Shown here one piece after another: positions 42,885 to 57,300 of a DNA stretch of 64,000 bases. The translations under genes were made by a program, and so were the position numbers. Source of the DNA: the human T2T-CHM13v2.0 reference genome, Homo sapiens; assembly GCF_009914755.1 (NCBI RefSeq), contig NC_060939.1. The stretch is one strand, 5' to 3'. Position 1 is the stretch's first letter, and each line of letters opens with the position of its first letter. The notes beneath the pieces were generated by a model. The model saw nothing but the letters and a program-made list of their open reading frames with translations. It was not told the origin of the DNA and searched no databases.

Positions 42885-43700
42885 TTTAAAATTTATTAAA
42901 TTTTAATTGCCAAATAATAATTACGTACATTTATAGGGTTTATTGTGATATTTTGCCATATGTATACATTGTGGGATGATTACATCAAGCTAATTAACAT
43001 ATTCATCACCTCAAATGCTTATTTTTTGTAATGAAAACATTTAAACCCTTTTTTAGCAATTTTGAAATATTTAACACAGTATTATTAACTAGGGTCACCT
43101 TGCTGTGCAATAGATCTTGAAAACTTATTCCTTTGTCTAAATGGAACTCTGTGCCCTTTGGTCAACTTCTCTCCATTGCCCACCCCATCCCCTACCTCAG
43201 CTTCTGGTCACCGTCATTCTACTTTCTACTCCTACGAGTCTGACATTTTTAGATTTCAAATATAAGTGAGATCATGGGATATCTCTCTTTCTGTGCCTAG
43301 CTTAGGCACAGAAATAAACCAATAGGTTTATTTTTTAAATGCTCAACATCACTAATTATCGGGGAAAGCAAATTGAAATCACAATGAGACATCATCTCAC
43401 ACCTGTGAAAATGGCTATTATCACAGAGGCAACAGAAAATAAACATTGGTGAGGATGTGGAGGAAGTGGAATCCTTCTACACTATTGGTGGGAAGGTAAA
43501 TTAGTGCAGACATTGTAGAGAAAGTATGCAGTCCCTCAAAAGGCAAATATAATTATCATATGATCCAGCAAATCCATTTCTGGATATATCTACAAATGAA
43601 TTGAAATCAGCATGTGGAAAAGATATCTGCACTATAATTACAACACTTTTCACATTAGCCAAGACATCAATGGATGAATAGATAAAGAAAATATGGAGTC
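42885..43700 (-). mobile_element. L1MA-type element with 5' inversion (3'UTR on minus at 42885-43300; inverted ORF2-end piece on plus at about 43335-43700)
   Basis: Two L1 pieces adjacent in the consensus but in opposite orientation, in the order expected from twin priming. Confidence 0.75.
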
Positions 43701-44147
43701 ACTTTCAAATTACTTGTTTCGCCTTAGATACTATTAACTAACACCCTGCTAGGAGAAATGAAGAAATGTTTATGTTGTCTCTTACCGATTTTTGTTAATT
43801 ACAGTATAATTTTATATTGTCAATTTTCATATTCTTTTGATTTTAAACCATTATTTCTAAAATAATCTAAATAACCATGACTTGGATTGTATTCAATATT
43901 TAAAAGTATTTATGACTAATCCCCACATGTTCTCCTATCTTGGAGCTGTTTTCATGGTTTTGGTGGGGGCAGTGGGAAGAGGCGGAGAGAGAAGGGGTCA
44001 CACAGTGACCCTGTCTGTCCTTTAACTTTGTATCCAATTTGCCTGGACTTATAAAATTCTCAAGGCATGCATTTTTTGTTTGTTTGCTTGTAAATCCAGT
44101 AGCAATTGTTTAACAGTCTTCTAACACAGGGGTTTAAGTGGCAAGTC

Positions 44148-44433
44148 CTTTTTTTTTTTTTTTTTTAGATGGAGTTTCACTCTTTTTGCCCATGCTAGAG
44201 TGCAATGGCCTGCTCACTGCAACCTCCACCTCCTGGGCTCAAGTGATTCTCCTGCCTCAGCCTCCTGAGAAGCTGGGATTGGGTCACCACGCCCTGCTAA
44301 TTTTTATACTTTTAGTAGAGACAGGGTTTTGCCATGTTGGCCGAGCTAGTCTCAAACTCCTGACCTCGGGCGATCCACCCTCCTCAACCTCCCAAAGTGC
44401 TGGGATTACAGGTATGAGCCACCACGGCCAGCC
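44148..44433 (-). mobile_element. Alu (AluS-type)
   Basis: Antisense Alu with long T tail. Confidence 0.92.
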
Positions 44434-46193
44434 TCGCATGTCCATTTTTAATGATAGTTATAGGTTTAACTTTGGGATTAACAGATCTCATTTCAAAGAG
44501 TTTCTAAGTAGAGTCTATTAGGCAACTTGATGGTGACATGAATTTGAATTTCAGCAAAGCTGCTTATGATATCCTTGTGGCATATTTTCTTTCCCATTGA
44601 TCACTGTAGACAGTCTCATTGTCCCTATCCATTGATTTTGCTGTGAAAAAATACAAAACAAGACTAATTTTTACCCTGGGAGGGAGACCGGCTGCCTCAA
44701 ATTCTTTCTTTATTATACACAATTTAATAACTTAGGCAGAAAATGTCTTTGTGTTCCTCTGGAATACACTTTAATCTTTGCATATGTAAATTCAGTTCTT
44801 CTGAAATTTGAGGATAATTTTCTTCTATTGCATTTTCAAATACTACCTCCATTCCATTTGTTGGATTATCTTCTTAAAGGACATCAATTAACCTGGGTTG
44901 AATTACCTGTGGCACCTATATCCATTCTCCTATCTGTAGCTGATTTAAACTCCTTTTCTTTGTGTGCATGGTAAGCTCTTCAAGCTCCTTCTCTGAGTCA
45001 GTAATTTCATTTTTGACCATGTCTCTTATTTTTTTTGCTGTTTTTTATTTATTTGTTAGTCAGGAAAGGATACTGTCATTGGTCTTTAATTTGCTTTCTT
45101 AATTTCTTGTGATTTTTTCTTTCTCAGTCGGCTGGTTATAACCTGATTATAAAGCTCATTTTATTAAATTTCTATCGTTATTTTGTTCTATACCTTCAAG
45201 GACTCAGGAGGATTTCCTTCTTGTTTTCTATTCCAGATTCTGTTCTGTAAATATGTTTTGAATGCTCTATTCCTTCCTTCCACCCAACTATCTATTTATC
45301 CATCATTTCTCCATTTCTCTTTATTGTATAATCTATATTATATATAACAAAATTATATATAATATGATATATATATTCATTATTACATTTCTTTTACTAG
45401 CTCTTTCTTAACATGAGCAATTGGATCCATATTTTCTATTTATCCTGATCCATAGTGGGTGAATTCTCTTTGACATTCTTCCCACCTTAACTGAAACATT
45501 TATGTCTCAGCAGAAGTTTGAGGGTTGAGTATTGTGTGCTATCAGTTTTTCTGTGGTTTGAGAAAATCTGGGAAGGAAAGAGGGACAGCCCAGTGGGGGC
45601 CGGAATTCTGGAGGACTTGGCTTGATGCAAATGTCCTTTGACGGACTGTTTGGCTGATATCCCAGCCATGAACTGGATATGCTAGAGGTGTGCTTGGATC
45701 TGTCCCCAGACAGATTGGAGCCATGAGACCGAGGGGAGCTCTAACCAACATTGCTGCCTTTGATGAGAGCCTCACAAAGTCAGCAGGGCCCTCTGCACTA
45801 GAGGATTTGCCCACAGCTTTCCTGAGCTCCCTCAAGCCACTTCTCTGCGAATCTCAGCATTTTTTTTCCAATTGACATTCTTTCTCCAGCATTACTTCTA
45901 AGGGCTGAGGGGAGGGACAGAGACCATAGCAACTCCGCCAGAATTTATAGTTTTATAACCACCACTCTGAGAGTTTATAACATAAAGTTATACCCCAGCC
46001 CTTACTTTTTTCCTGCTAGTAAGTTGTTTTCAGATTCTTTCTCTTTTTAGAGGGAGATTCCTTACCTGTGCTTAATCGCACTATTTTTGTGCATAAATTC
46101 TGTCTTAGTTTATGACTCCTTTAAGCAGCATAATGACCTTGGATTAGAAAGTCTGTAGACCTGGGCATGAAACCCAACTCCATCTCTTAACAG

Positions 46194-46418
46194 CAGTGGT
46201 TCTCAACTCAACTGGGGCCAATTTTGACAATGTCCAGTGACATTTTAATCATCATGACTGGCAGGTGCTACTGACATCTAGGGGGTACAGGCCAGGGATG
46301 CTGTGCCATTTTACAATGGCACAGTCTGGTGCCAAACCACGTACTCACAGGACAGCTTCCCAGAACAAAGAATTATCTTATGCTAAGTGTCAATAATGCC
46401 AAGATTGAGAGACTCCAC
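46194..46418 (+). mobile_element. MER20 inserted in a MIR (about 46145-46510)
   Basis: CAGTGGTTCTCAAC...GTGCTACTGACATCTAG...GGCCAGGGATGCTG...AACAAAGAATTATC...TTGAGA. Confidence 0.8.
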
Positions 46419-47489
46419 CTTAGTAGCTGAGTAGATTTGGGCAATTCTTTTAATCTCCTTAAGCTTTAGTGACTTTGTCTTTAAAATGAGCATAATAATG
46501 TCTGTCTTAGTCAATAGACGGTAGAGTTTTAATGTTAATATAGTCATAATAACATAATGATAATACTTCTATTATTATCCCTGGAACTATTATTAGTAGT
46601 AAAATGGTAATTTTTTGAACCGCTGTGTGAATGCAAGCAATTTCCTCATCTATTCTAACCTCAAATTATTGCAAAGTTAAATTTATTTGGGGGGCAACCT
46701 TGTCTTTCACTGACTCTTACTGTTTCATCTGTTTTCGTTTGTTTGTTGTTGACATTGCCCTGTTCACCTTTTTTTTTAAACGAATCCTTGACACTTCCTG
46801 GGAAAAGCAGCATCCTGTCATTTTTTTTAATTGCAAGTATGTATTTTGCTTGCCTTCTTTTATGCCTCATATTAACATGTCCTCCAAACACAGTGCCAAG
46901 ATAAAAGTGTGAGAGAAGGCCAACTTCCACCTCCAGGGCCAGAGAATTTGATGTGGGCATTGGATTAGAGCATCCCCTGGTAATGAGTATGCCCTTCATG
47001 GTGTGAAATGAAAGGCTTTGCTATTTTGTCTTGTTTTATTGGTAAAGAGTGGCCATAGTTCAAATACACCCAATGTGGGTTGTCTGCTGTCCATTCGTCC
47101 ATTCAGGTTAGTAGTACAGAATATCATCTTGCTATGCTCTTATCTTAAGATCAGTAAAGTGAATGGTGTAAGACATTTGCCAAGGGATAGGAATAAGATG
47201 GAAATCATACTTTCCAGACTCTTTATCCTTGCTCTCAAGGTCTCAGGGCATAATGACCATGACTCCAGGCTTGGGGAAAAGTTTCTGTTTCTGGCCTATA
47301 AAGACACCACATGGGAGGGGAATGGTGGCCCTGGCCTTGGAGTCTCTTGCTTTGCAAGTTCATCTAACTAACCCTGACCCGACTGCCCTGAGAAGTCTTC
47401 GGAGAAACTATAATGTGTATACGAACATGTGTCGTTGTATACGTATCTGTAAGTCCTTGTGAGTTTACAAAAGCAGCAGAACATTGTCA

Positions 47490-47625
47490 AAATAGCATGG
47501 GCTTCGGAGTCAGATGAACCTAGGTTCATATTTCACCTCTGCCATTTATGAGCTGGTGTCATTAGACGAGTCAATTAACCTCTTTGAAGTTCAGTTTTCT
47601 CAATTGGAAAATGGGATTAATAAAG
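47490..47625 (+). mobile_element. MIR SINE
   Basis: GGAGTCAGATGAACCTAGGTTCA...CTCTGCCATTTA...TTAACCTCTTTG. Confidence 0.6.
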
Positions 47626-48096
47626 TCCACCTAAGCAACGAGCAGATGACCCTAAAATGGCAGATGCCACTCTTCAATGTCTCTTTCTATTGCTCAAATA
47701 TTAACAGCAGGACAAATTTTTACTTTTGTGAAATGTATTCTAGTTTTAAAGCTCAGTGGGCTGCTATTATTCCTGGATCTATTTAGTGGCTGTTAATGAC
47801 CTTCTCCTTGTGTGACAGTTAGAGACAAATAACCATGACCAGGCTGGGGGAAGCTGGGGAGAGATGGATTGAATTTGATCCATGATTGGAAAAGTGTGGA
47901 AGCTGGGATTTTTATTGTTTGATTTAACGAATCTTAATAGGGCTTGGCCTTGGGAGACACAAATCAATAATGTAATCTTAGTGCTCTCATTGGCTCACCA
48001 GTTCTGTTTCATTCAGAAAAAGCCTCCCAGAACCCCATCAGGGACACATTTAATTCTCAGTAAAAGGATAGGCCACTCTCAAGAAGATAAAAGAAT

Positions 48097-48193
48097 CATG
48101 ATGATTATAATATTGATGATGACATGATGATGACGAGGAGGAGGATGAAGACAACTGGTAATGATAATAATGATGGTGATGGTGATGATGATG
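48097..48193. repeat. (GAT)n/(GAG)n degenerate trinucleotide repeat followed by a MIR (about 48200-48370)
   Basis: Direct reading; MIR core AATGAGAAAACTGAG...GACTTGCCCAAGGTC. Confidence 0.75.
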
Positions 48194-51100
48194 GCAAATG
48201 ATTATTACCATTTACTCAGGGACTATCAAGTGCAAGACCCTGCACTAAACACTTAGTGCATGTCTTCACATGACCTGGTACTATAACAACAGGCTGTAGG
48301 TATGACAATCTTTTTTATAAATGAGAAAACTGAGACGCACAGAAGCTAACTGACTTGCCCAAGGTCCCCAGTGGATGAGGAGGATGTTGGGATAATGAGA
48401 GTTATATTTTTTCCTAGTGGTTTGGGGAATAAGGTGATGCTGTAGAAGTCATCACCTTCTTTAAACACCTTTCCTTTAAACATTCTCACAGGGAATACCA
48501 AGTAGAAACAAAATTTGCTTGTGGTCAGAGAGACATAAGGTTAAATTTTGTCCCTGACTCAAACTTGCTTTGTGTCCTTTGGGAAGGAAGTTAATCTTTC
48601 TAAGACTTAGGTTCTCCAAACCCCAGTTTTCTCACCTGGCAAAGTAAAGACAAAAATATGTAACTCATGAGGAGTGGTTATGATGAAGGTTTATTGACCT
48701 GCCCAACTGGTGCATGGGAGGTGCTTAATGAATGTCATTTTCTTCCTCTAGGACTGATAAGGGGCCAGAGCAGGTAAAGCCAGAGGCTGGGCCATATCAG
48801 TCCTGCAGTACTGGACTATAGGAGTTGGTGCAGACAAAGCTGACTCAGAGTGAGACAGAGGGGGGTCTTAACAGTGGTTGATGGCACTGGAAAAAAAAAA
48901 TCACAAACAATATTATCACCTCATTTCTCTAGAGAAAATGTAAAATTCCTGTGAGCAATATACATCCAGTGTTTTTAAAAATCACCGTTTTTCTCAAAAC
49001 ATTTTATGATCAATCCAATCATTCCTGGATGAAAGGCCCTACATTTATAGGGTGAGAAAAAACACCTTCAGAACTCTCCTGGGGTCTTTTGTCCAACCTT
49101 TGACTAAGTGGTCATTTTGCTTCACCTACGGACTAGAACAGAAGTAATAAGGAAAAGGACATGGTAGCCATCATCTATCTAGGCAAAAACTGGTGTGCCA
49201 TACTCTCCCCTCCAGCCCTCTTCTAAATAGTCACACACCACTTTGACTCTGAGTTGCTCTTTGCCGATTACTTCTGCTGGTTCTGAATCACAAGTTATCC
49301 ATCATAGGTGACCATCATATCTCTAATATATAGAGGACTGTCTATCAAAAGGCACAAGAGGATTTTTACAACAGTAAAATATCCCTCTCTAGGGGTGACA
49401 GGGCCCTAGCCTCACCCTCACAGGCACAACCAAGAGCTCAGAGTCCAGCTCATCCCAAAAAAAAGACTGAGTCCCTGATTAGCATGCCATCACTAAATAC
49501 TGGAGCAGATGGCGTGAAATTCCAATCAGAAGAATTTATAATGTGAAGTCAGATATTATATAGTGAGAAATAAATAAACAGAAATTGTCAGTCAAACTCG
49601 TGGCAGCTGGGGCCAGCATCAGAGGCAGTAAATGAACTAACTCCATAAACCATATTTATGATCAGCCCCATTGAGCATAACTCTGCCAGTGGGGCTTTCT
49701 GCTATGTATCAGGACACACTGGCTTGTTGCATCTCACAGAGGTAGAAAATGAGCAGGGCCAGTATGTCTCTGGAGCAGTGACTTAAGGGTGTCAGACCAT
49801 GATTGAGACATTTCCCTGCTCTCTAAGTCAATGTGTGCATACGGCTTGGGAGAAGAGTCTGGCTTCCCACCTAGCATGAAATTCAGCAGAAGGCAAAGAC
49901 TCCTACTGAACTCTGATTAGGTGTTATCTCAAAACCCTAGCACTTGCTATGCATAGCCCAAGGTCACAGTGGGTGAGAACTTGGCTCTGTTCTGGGAGAA
50001 GCCCAGGGGATTCTCTTTACCCAACACTCTTCCCTTAGCCAACATCCAAGTCATGGACAGAAATACTGCCCCTCCATTTGATCTTATACTCTTGCTCTTA
50101 GCACCCTACTCCTTCTTCTGTTCACTGTGGGATTCCCAGTACGAGGCAGGGAAGATGGTGTGGAGACAGGGGATCTTAAATGCTTTTACATCTTCAGGCT
50201 TCAGCACATTGTGCCACATCTACCTTAAAAGCACTCCTAAACTGATTGATTACACAAATGAATTAATGGATAAATGAGTGAATGAATAAGTAGATAAATG
50301 AATAATTATCCCAAAAAAGATATGTCTTCCAAACTGCATCTCTGCTCTGTTTTCCTCAGCCTAAAACCCTCCACTGTTGTTTTAGACAGGAGCTTCTATC
50401 CATGTAAGAGAGCTATAGAGTGGTAATTAAGACCATGTGTACTAAACCCAATTGCAGGGTTTAAGCCCTGGCTCTGCCTCAAGAAACTGGGTGGCCTTGG
50501 GCAAATTATATAAACCTCTAAGGCATGATTAGCACATTTATACAACAGTAATATTGTTAGTACCTGACCCCATTAAGAGTATTAACTCATGTTGAGCCCT
50601 TAGCAGAGAGCTTGGCAAATAGTGATGTTTGATTTGAATATGGATGCTCGTGATCATGTTCTGCACCTTCTTCCTTCCACTGCCTCTTTCCATTATATCT
50701 TAGCATTTGTCAGCTAAGACTGCTTGAGCTTGAGTGACAAGAGGGGTGGTGAATGTTCTCAAGATTCTGATGAGGAAAGGACTGTGACTAGGACATTCAT
50801 AAAGATCGCCTTATTTAATTCAAAGCAGGGCTTTCTCCTGAGCCTTGAGTATCTGGCAATGATGTGTAGTTAGAAGATGGCCTTATCCAGCAAACTCTCT
50901 CAGACTATACCATCCAGCTTCCCTTAGTAAGACTGAGACTCCTGTAGAATTTTTAAAGAAGCTGCCTCTTGATATTTAACTGTTTTAAAGTCATTCCCTG
51001 GCTCTTGAAGCTAATCAGCAAGTGGCAAGCAGGGCAGTAATTAGATCCTCTGCTGAGCCCTGCATCGGAGATTTGAACAATTCAGAACATGGGGGAAAAG

Positions 51101-51307
51101 AGAGGTTAAAATAGAACATCTCCCTAGTTAATAGCTAAGTAATTTTGAGCATCCCAATAGGAGCAAAGAATAGGTCATGGCCCAGCACAAGAAGCCCACC
51201 ATGCCTTGAAATACTAAGGAAATGTGTCCTGAGAAGATTAAGCAAGGCAGTATTTTTGGGAGCTCACTCCTATATCTATCTAAAGTCCATAACAAGATTT
51301 ACCACAG

Positions 51308-51565
51308 ACAGGAAGATAGCTTGAGGCCAGGAGTTTGAGGCCAACCTGGGTAACATAGTGAGACTTCATCTCTACAAAAAGTACAAATAAAATGAAATAA
51401 AACAAAAATTAGCCCAGGTGTGATGACATGCACCTGTGATACTAGCTGCTCAGGAGGCTGAAGCAGGCAGGAGGATCACTTGAGCCCAGGAGTTGGAGGC
51501 TGCAGTGAACTATCACTGTGCCACTGCACTCCAGCCTGGGCAATACAGTGGAGACCCTGTTTCTT
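51308..51565 (+). mobile_element. Old Alu (AluJ-like), 5'-truncated
   Basis: J diagnostics GGAGGATCACTTGAGCCCAGGAG and GAGACCCTGT. Confidence 0.85.
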
Positions 51566-51580
51566 AAAAAGTAAATTTTA

Positions 51581-51894
<314 letters not shown>

Positions 51895-53436
51895 TTAATT
51901 ACTTATTTTTTTTTTAAAGAGCGACCCCTACCTTGGACATCAACTTTCAGATTAATTTCCACCTCTGCCCTGTGTCAAATGAGCACCTTCTTGGCATTTC
52001 TGCTCTCAGTGTCATTATGAACAGCCTCCAGGTTCACTCTCAGCAATGGCTAGTTGCTATTTCTAAAGTATCTTCCTTAAACCCCAGCTTTTTTGTGTCA
52101 CCACTGAGATGCTGATATTTTAGGACCAAGTGATCTTTATAAGACTATTTTACCAGCCATGCCCTCCAGCACTGGAAGATGCCTTTATTTGGGAGATTCT
52201 CCCAGTTCTTATGCACCTGAGAACCCTGGCCACAGGCAGGTAGTTGAATGAGATTATCAATCAAGGACCTTCCAGACCTAGGAGGCCATAATTTATTCCA
52301 GTCCTTGGATTGTCATCTCAAATTAAATGTCAAATCATGAGTCACAAGGGCATGAGGACAGTCTAAAGTGAAGCTGCACACCTCCACAGCCTCCTTGGCC
52401 TTTGTGTGGCATTGGAAGGACTTCCTGAAGAAAGATGGGTTTGAGGCTATGTAGGATGGAACAAGAAGTCTCTCACAGTGCTTTGGTCTCAAGCCATCAC
52501 TGGAGTAGACTATACAAAGGTCAAGACTTAGGCCTAGATTTCAGGGGACATCCAAAATCCTACCTTGAGAAACACCTATTTTTGCCTTCAAGCAGCCTAA
52601 TTCTGCTCTCGCTGGCTGTCATAGGAAGCCACTGATGCAAAGGTAGCCACATTCTGGGGAGAAGAGATATTTCCTTCATAATGAACATGCTGTCAGGTTT
52701 TTCAGAATTTTGGATCCTGAGTGTTTCCATGAGTGAGTTGAAGAGGTGGCATAATGATGGTACTTTGAGTGTTGTACAAATAATCTGGGGCTTGGAGAAT
52801 GAGAAATCCAGTGCAATGCAGCAAACGTCCATTAAATGTGTACTGTGTTCATAGCATTGTACAGAGAACATTGACTTTTGCCTGGACCAAGTTAATGCAA
52901 GTTCTACTTACTCATCGAAAGGAGTTTCTATACTGGAGACTTATATCCCAGGCCTACACAAGGTCTACTTATGACCCTATAATTTATGTAACTTTCTGCG
53001 GCAGGTGGAAAATACGTTGGAACCATTGAAAACCAAAGGTTTCTCTCTCTTAGGTCTGCCAGCATCTTTCACAGGGACATCATCTTTAAAAAGAGTGTTT
53101 GAGTTTCTTCTCACACAGACCCAAAGGACTTAACCACACAAAAATTACACATTTTTAAGTGATATGAACAAATATTCTAGGGATGAAGACATTTTTGATC
53201 CATGTAGATGAAGAAGTTATTTCTATCACTGTCTAAACCCCAAATGTAGTATTGTAACTTGATTCTCAGCAATGGGCTTTGAAGAGAAGTGTGCTTAAAG
53301 AAAAGCAGCAGCAAGTTTACCATATGGCACAGCCAAGCGGCTGGTCTGGAAAGGGCTGGAGCATGACCAGGGGCTCTTATATTTCCTGAATTTGATTCGT
53401 CTTTTAATACTGTGTGGCAAGATGTAAAAGCTTAAG

Positions 53437-53664
53437 CAAGTGTTTCTCAAGTGCAGCAATTTTTCCCCCCAGGAAGCACCTGGCAATGTCTGGAGGCATT
53501 TTTGGTCTTCACACCCTAGTAGGGTGGGGGTGGAGGAGGCAGAGAAGGACTGCTAATGCACTAATAAAAATGCTGATGAACATCATAGAATGCACAGAAA
53601 AGCCCCCTACAACAAAGAATTATTTAGTCTAAAATGTCAACAGTGCCATAATGGAAAAACTCTG
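53437..53664 (+). mobile_element. MER20 DNA transposon
   Basis: CCCCCCAGG...TGGCAATGTCTGGAGGCATTTTTGG...CAACAAAGAATTAT...AAAATGTCAACAGTGCC. Confidence 0.8.
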
Positions 53665-54338
53665 TTTAAACCTTTCTACATCTCTGTTGAACTCCTGTTA
53701 GTGGAATTGCAATCTGTGCTTCCTGTCTCTCTTCCACATTTTATCCTAGAACCCATCGATCTTTTTGAAATAAATTAACGAAAATAAGCAGTGAAATGTT
53801 ATTAAGGAAAACACATTATATGACATAAAGCAGAAAATATGTAGACAAAGAGAGAGAAATTGGAATGAAAAGAGAAGAGAGGGAAAGAGTTTTAAATTAA
53901 TTATGCTAAAGGATAATAAAATCTTTGGGGTAAATGGATATTCAAAAGAACATATTTTATCCTACTTTGAGAGCTTACTCAAATGATTATAACTGGGAAG
54001 TTGAATATCAACATATCAGGAGTAACAGGATATCACAAAGACACAGAGCTGGAGATATTCAATCTTTTCCTTGGGACTCAGTCTCAAATAATAATTGCAT
54101 GTATGTTCCCCTTACAACACTCATTTCCATCCAATGTTTAACTTATAGGCTACCTTAAAAATTGTGCAATCTCCTTTTCCTCTCAGAAAAGCAAGGTTCA
54201 GTCTCTCGAGTTGATACTGGATCTCATGATCTTTGCACACATTCGAACTTTCCCAAACTTTCAAACTACATTTAAATTCAACATACTTCCCTATTACATA
54301 ATGAATCCAAATAAAACAAGGACATTGTTGTTTTATAC

Positions 54339-54344
54339 TTTATT
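54339..54344 (-). terminator. Polyadenylation signal AATAAA of a minus-strand transcript (cleavage about 54323)
   Basis: TTTATT on plus; U/GU-rich element downstream on minus (TCCTTGTTTTATTTGG); lies at the edge of a repeat-poor block. Confidence 0.65.
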
Positions 54345-57300
54345 TGAGAAGAGACCCTACATAAACTATGTCAGGAGGATACAGGTCTACACACGATTTC
54401 ATCAATCAATAAATGGAGTTGTTAACATAACATTGAAGATATGATACTATGAGAAAGACAGACATATGACCAAGGAGTATTTACAACTCTCACTTATGAT
54501 ATATTTATATTGAAGATGGATATATACATATATACATGTACATGTGCATATACATACCTATGTCCATACATACACACACATATATACATATATATGTATA
54601 AAATGTTTTTAAACAAAAACCAAGAAAAGAGTTCGCCTTCCTGTAGTGATTAACCATTTGAAAGTGAAGAATGGTTGATTTGTATTAGTGTCATGGTGTT
54701 AAATCTCTGCCCCCACATTTAACTTCAACACCCATAGATTCCGATGAAGACACATGTTTGCCTTGGGATGGAAGCATGAGGGTGAAGAATGGGGTGATGG
54801 GTATGGGGCCGAGACTGAAGGACATGCACAATGGGAGAAACAACCTTTGGTGATACCATTAAATCATCCTTTTGTATTAAACATAAATTACTAATACAAT
54901 TTAAAAAAATAATTTTTTGTTTTCTTTTGAGGTTGGGGAGAAAGGAAGGGTGAGATGAAGAATAGAGGGTGGGCACTTGCCTTTTCAACATATCCCTTAA
55001 TATCAACTGAGAACACACCCCTCTAACCTGTGGCCATCTTATCAAGTTAGAATTTTTTTTTTTTTTACATAAATGACACCTTCACATAAGAGTTTTACTT
55101 AGACAATAAACCTCTTCTCCAAAGGCAAATGCAGTCATCATTTTAACGAGATTGATTCTCCAAGACTCGCCAGGATGTAAATAAAATCAGCATAGCCAAT
55201 GCATTCACCTGTCATAAAGGAAAGGAATGAAGGGAACAGCACCTCAAGGAGGAGATACGATTAATAAAACCCAGTTCTACTAAAACCTCAGTCACTTATG
55301 TTAAGTTATCAACTTTGGGATCCAAATGATAGGAAGCAATCATGATCAGCACTTTCCAGAAGCCTGGGAGAAAAACAAACGAGCATCACGTAGGAGTATT
55401 TCTAAGTCATAAAATACAAATGAGGAACTATCAATTGGGATTAAAATAAAGGGCATAAGATCCAGTTGAAAGCACCTCAACTGCTGTGGTCAACGTCTCC
55501 ACCCATAAATGATGACTTGGCAATACTGTATTCATTGTTAAACTTTCCTTAATTCAAGCCACACTGTTGTTGTTGCTGCTGTTTTTTCTTTTCCAAAATC
55601 TGTAAAATTAGCTTGGCCTCAGAACAGGTGTGCCCAGGTATCAGGTGTCCCACATGCCAAACATACCATTGTTCAGCAGTTGCCATAAGCCAGCTAACCC
55701 TTCAGATTGCCAATATATTTATGCAAACATTGAGAAACACACATGAACACATGGGATCAGACAAGATATAATAGCTTTACATATACTTAGTACAGAAGCT
55801 TAGGGAGGGGGGATGGAAATCAGTTACAACAGTACCTAAACTTCATTGGCAAAATTCCTCTCAGGGAACGTAATATCCTAATAATGCACTGAAGTAGGTA
55901 CCAGCTGATTTTCCAGATATTGAAAGTTTGCTGCACAACATCAGCCTAGAGATAAAGGGACATGTAATGTCCAGTAGGAAACAAATCAGTGTATATCATT
56001 TACACGACAATAAATCCTTCATTTCCCTTGAAATAAGATATGTAAAGTAGCACTTAGTTTAATACAAGTTTTGTTCTGCTGTAGACCTAGCTGTAAAAAG
56101 CCATTCATGCAAAAAATTACTTCCAGTTTTAGCTGGATGTTTAAAGGACACTTCTCCTGAAAACAAGTCCCTTTCACTTAGGGAAGGGAAAAAAAAAATC
56201 CCACTTAGCCAGTGCCGGCTGAGAGTGGAAAATACAAGACTTTGGTGTTTGTAGGGCATTTGCCTTAAGAACCCAGAAGTAGCACTGAGCTCACCTCTAA
56301 AGAGGCAGAGGGCTAGACGCGCCCTTGAAAATTTTAGGAATTTTTTCAGAAAAAGTACTGAGAATCTTTATAAAATTGTATTCACTGGCCAGTTCCCTCC
56401 TGGGGCTTCTATTGGCATCATCTCTCCTTCTAGAGATGCCTGCTCTGCATCTCTAGTCTCAGGCCACATTTCCCCCAGCCAGCAGATCGTTCCTCCATTA
56501 GCAGTCACTTTGCAGCTCCTTCCCCTCTGTTCTAAGGGAAAATAACTTGTATTATTAAGCTTTCCTATCCCCATAGGTCCTTTCTGTACATATTATTTCT
56601 AAACTTTTTAAATATAGGAAGGTTCCTGGATTAAAATATAAGACAAAACTCCTCTATTCTAAAGAACTCTAACAGAGGTGTTGGATGCTGCTCACCTCCA
56701 GTCTTCATACAAATAATCTAGAGAATCTTGTGCCATGGCCTTTTTTGCAGGGCAAGTGTGAGCACTGGAATGAGATTCACTCAAGAGGACAAGGAATGGA
56801 AGGAATGGATGGCTACATCTTAGACCCACTCCCAAGTTAGAAATCATCGTTCCACTGAACTTGCTCCTCTGAGATCTGGCTCTGTCCTACTTTTTCCACC
56901 TCATTTATTCCTAAAAGAAACCCCTTATTTTCTTACACCACTAAATGTTATGGATGTTATGATAAGCAACATGGAAAGGGAATGGAAAGAAAGGGATAAG
57001 ATATAGGGGAAATTCAGAGCCTTGGATGGTACAGAGGCATTCAAAATGGAGGTTTTCTAACATCTGTCAGATAGAAGGCAATATTTATGATGAAACCTGC
57101 AGTGACTGACTTGCCTTCCCAACACAGGATTCATCCTGACATGAGTGGAGAAGATGCTGACAATTAGTTAAGAGTAGACAATGATGACTCTAAGATGATA
57201 TCTGTGTGTCATTGTGCTATATAAAAACTGGCCAATCACAAAGCAATGTGACAACATGTGCTTCTGCTACCCTTGTTTTCTCAGTACACCCTTCAGTCTG

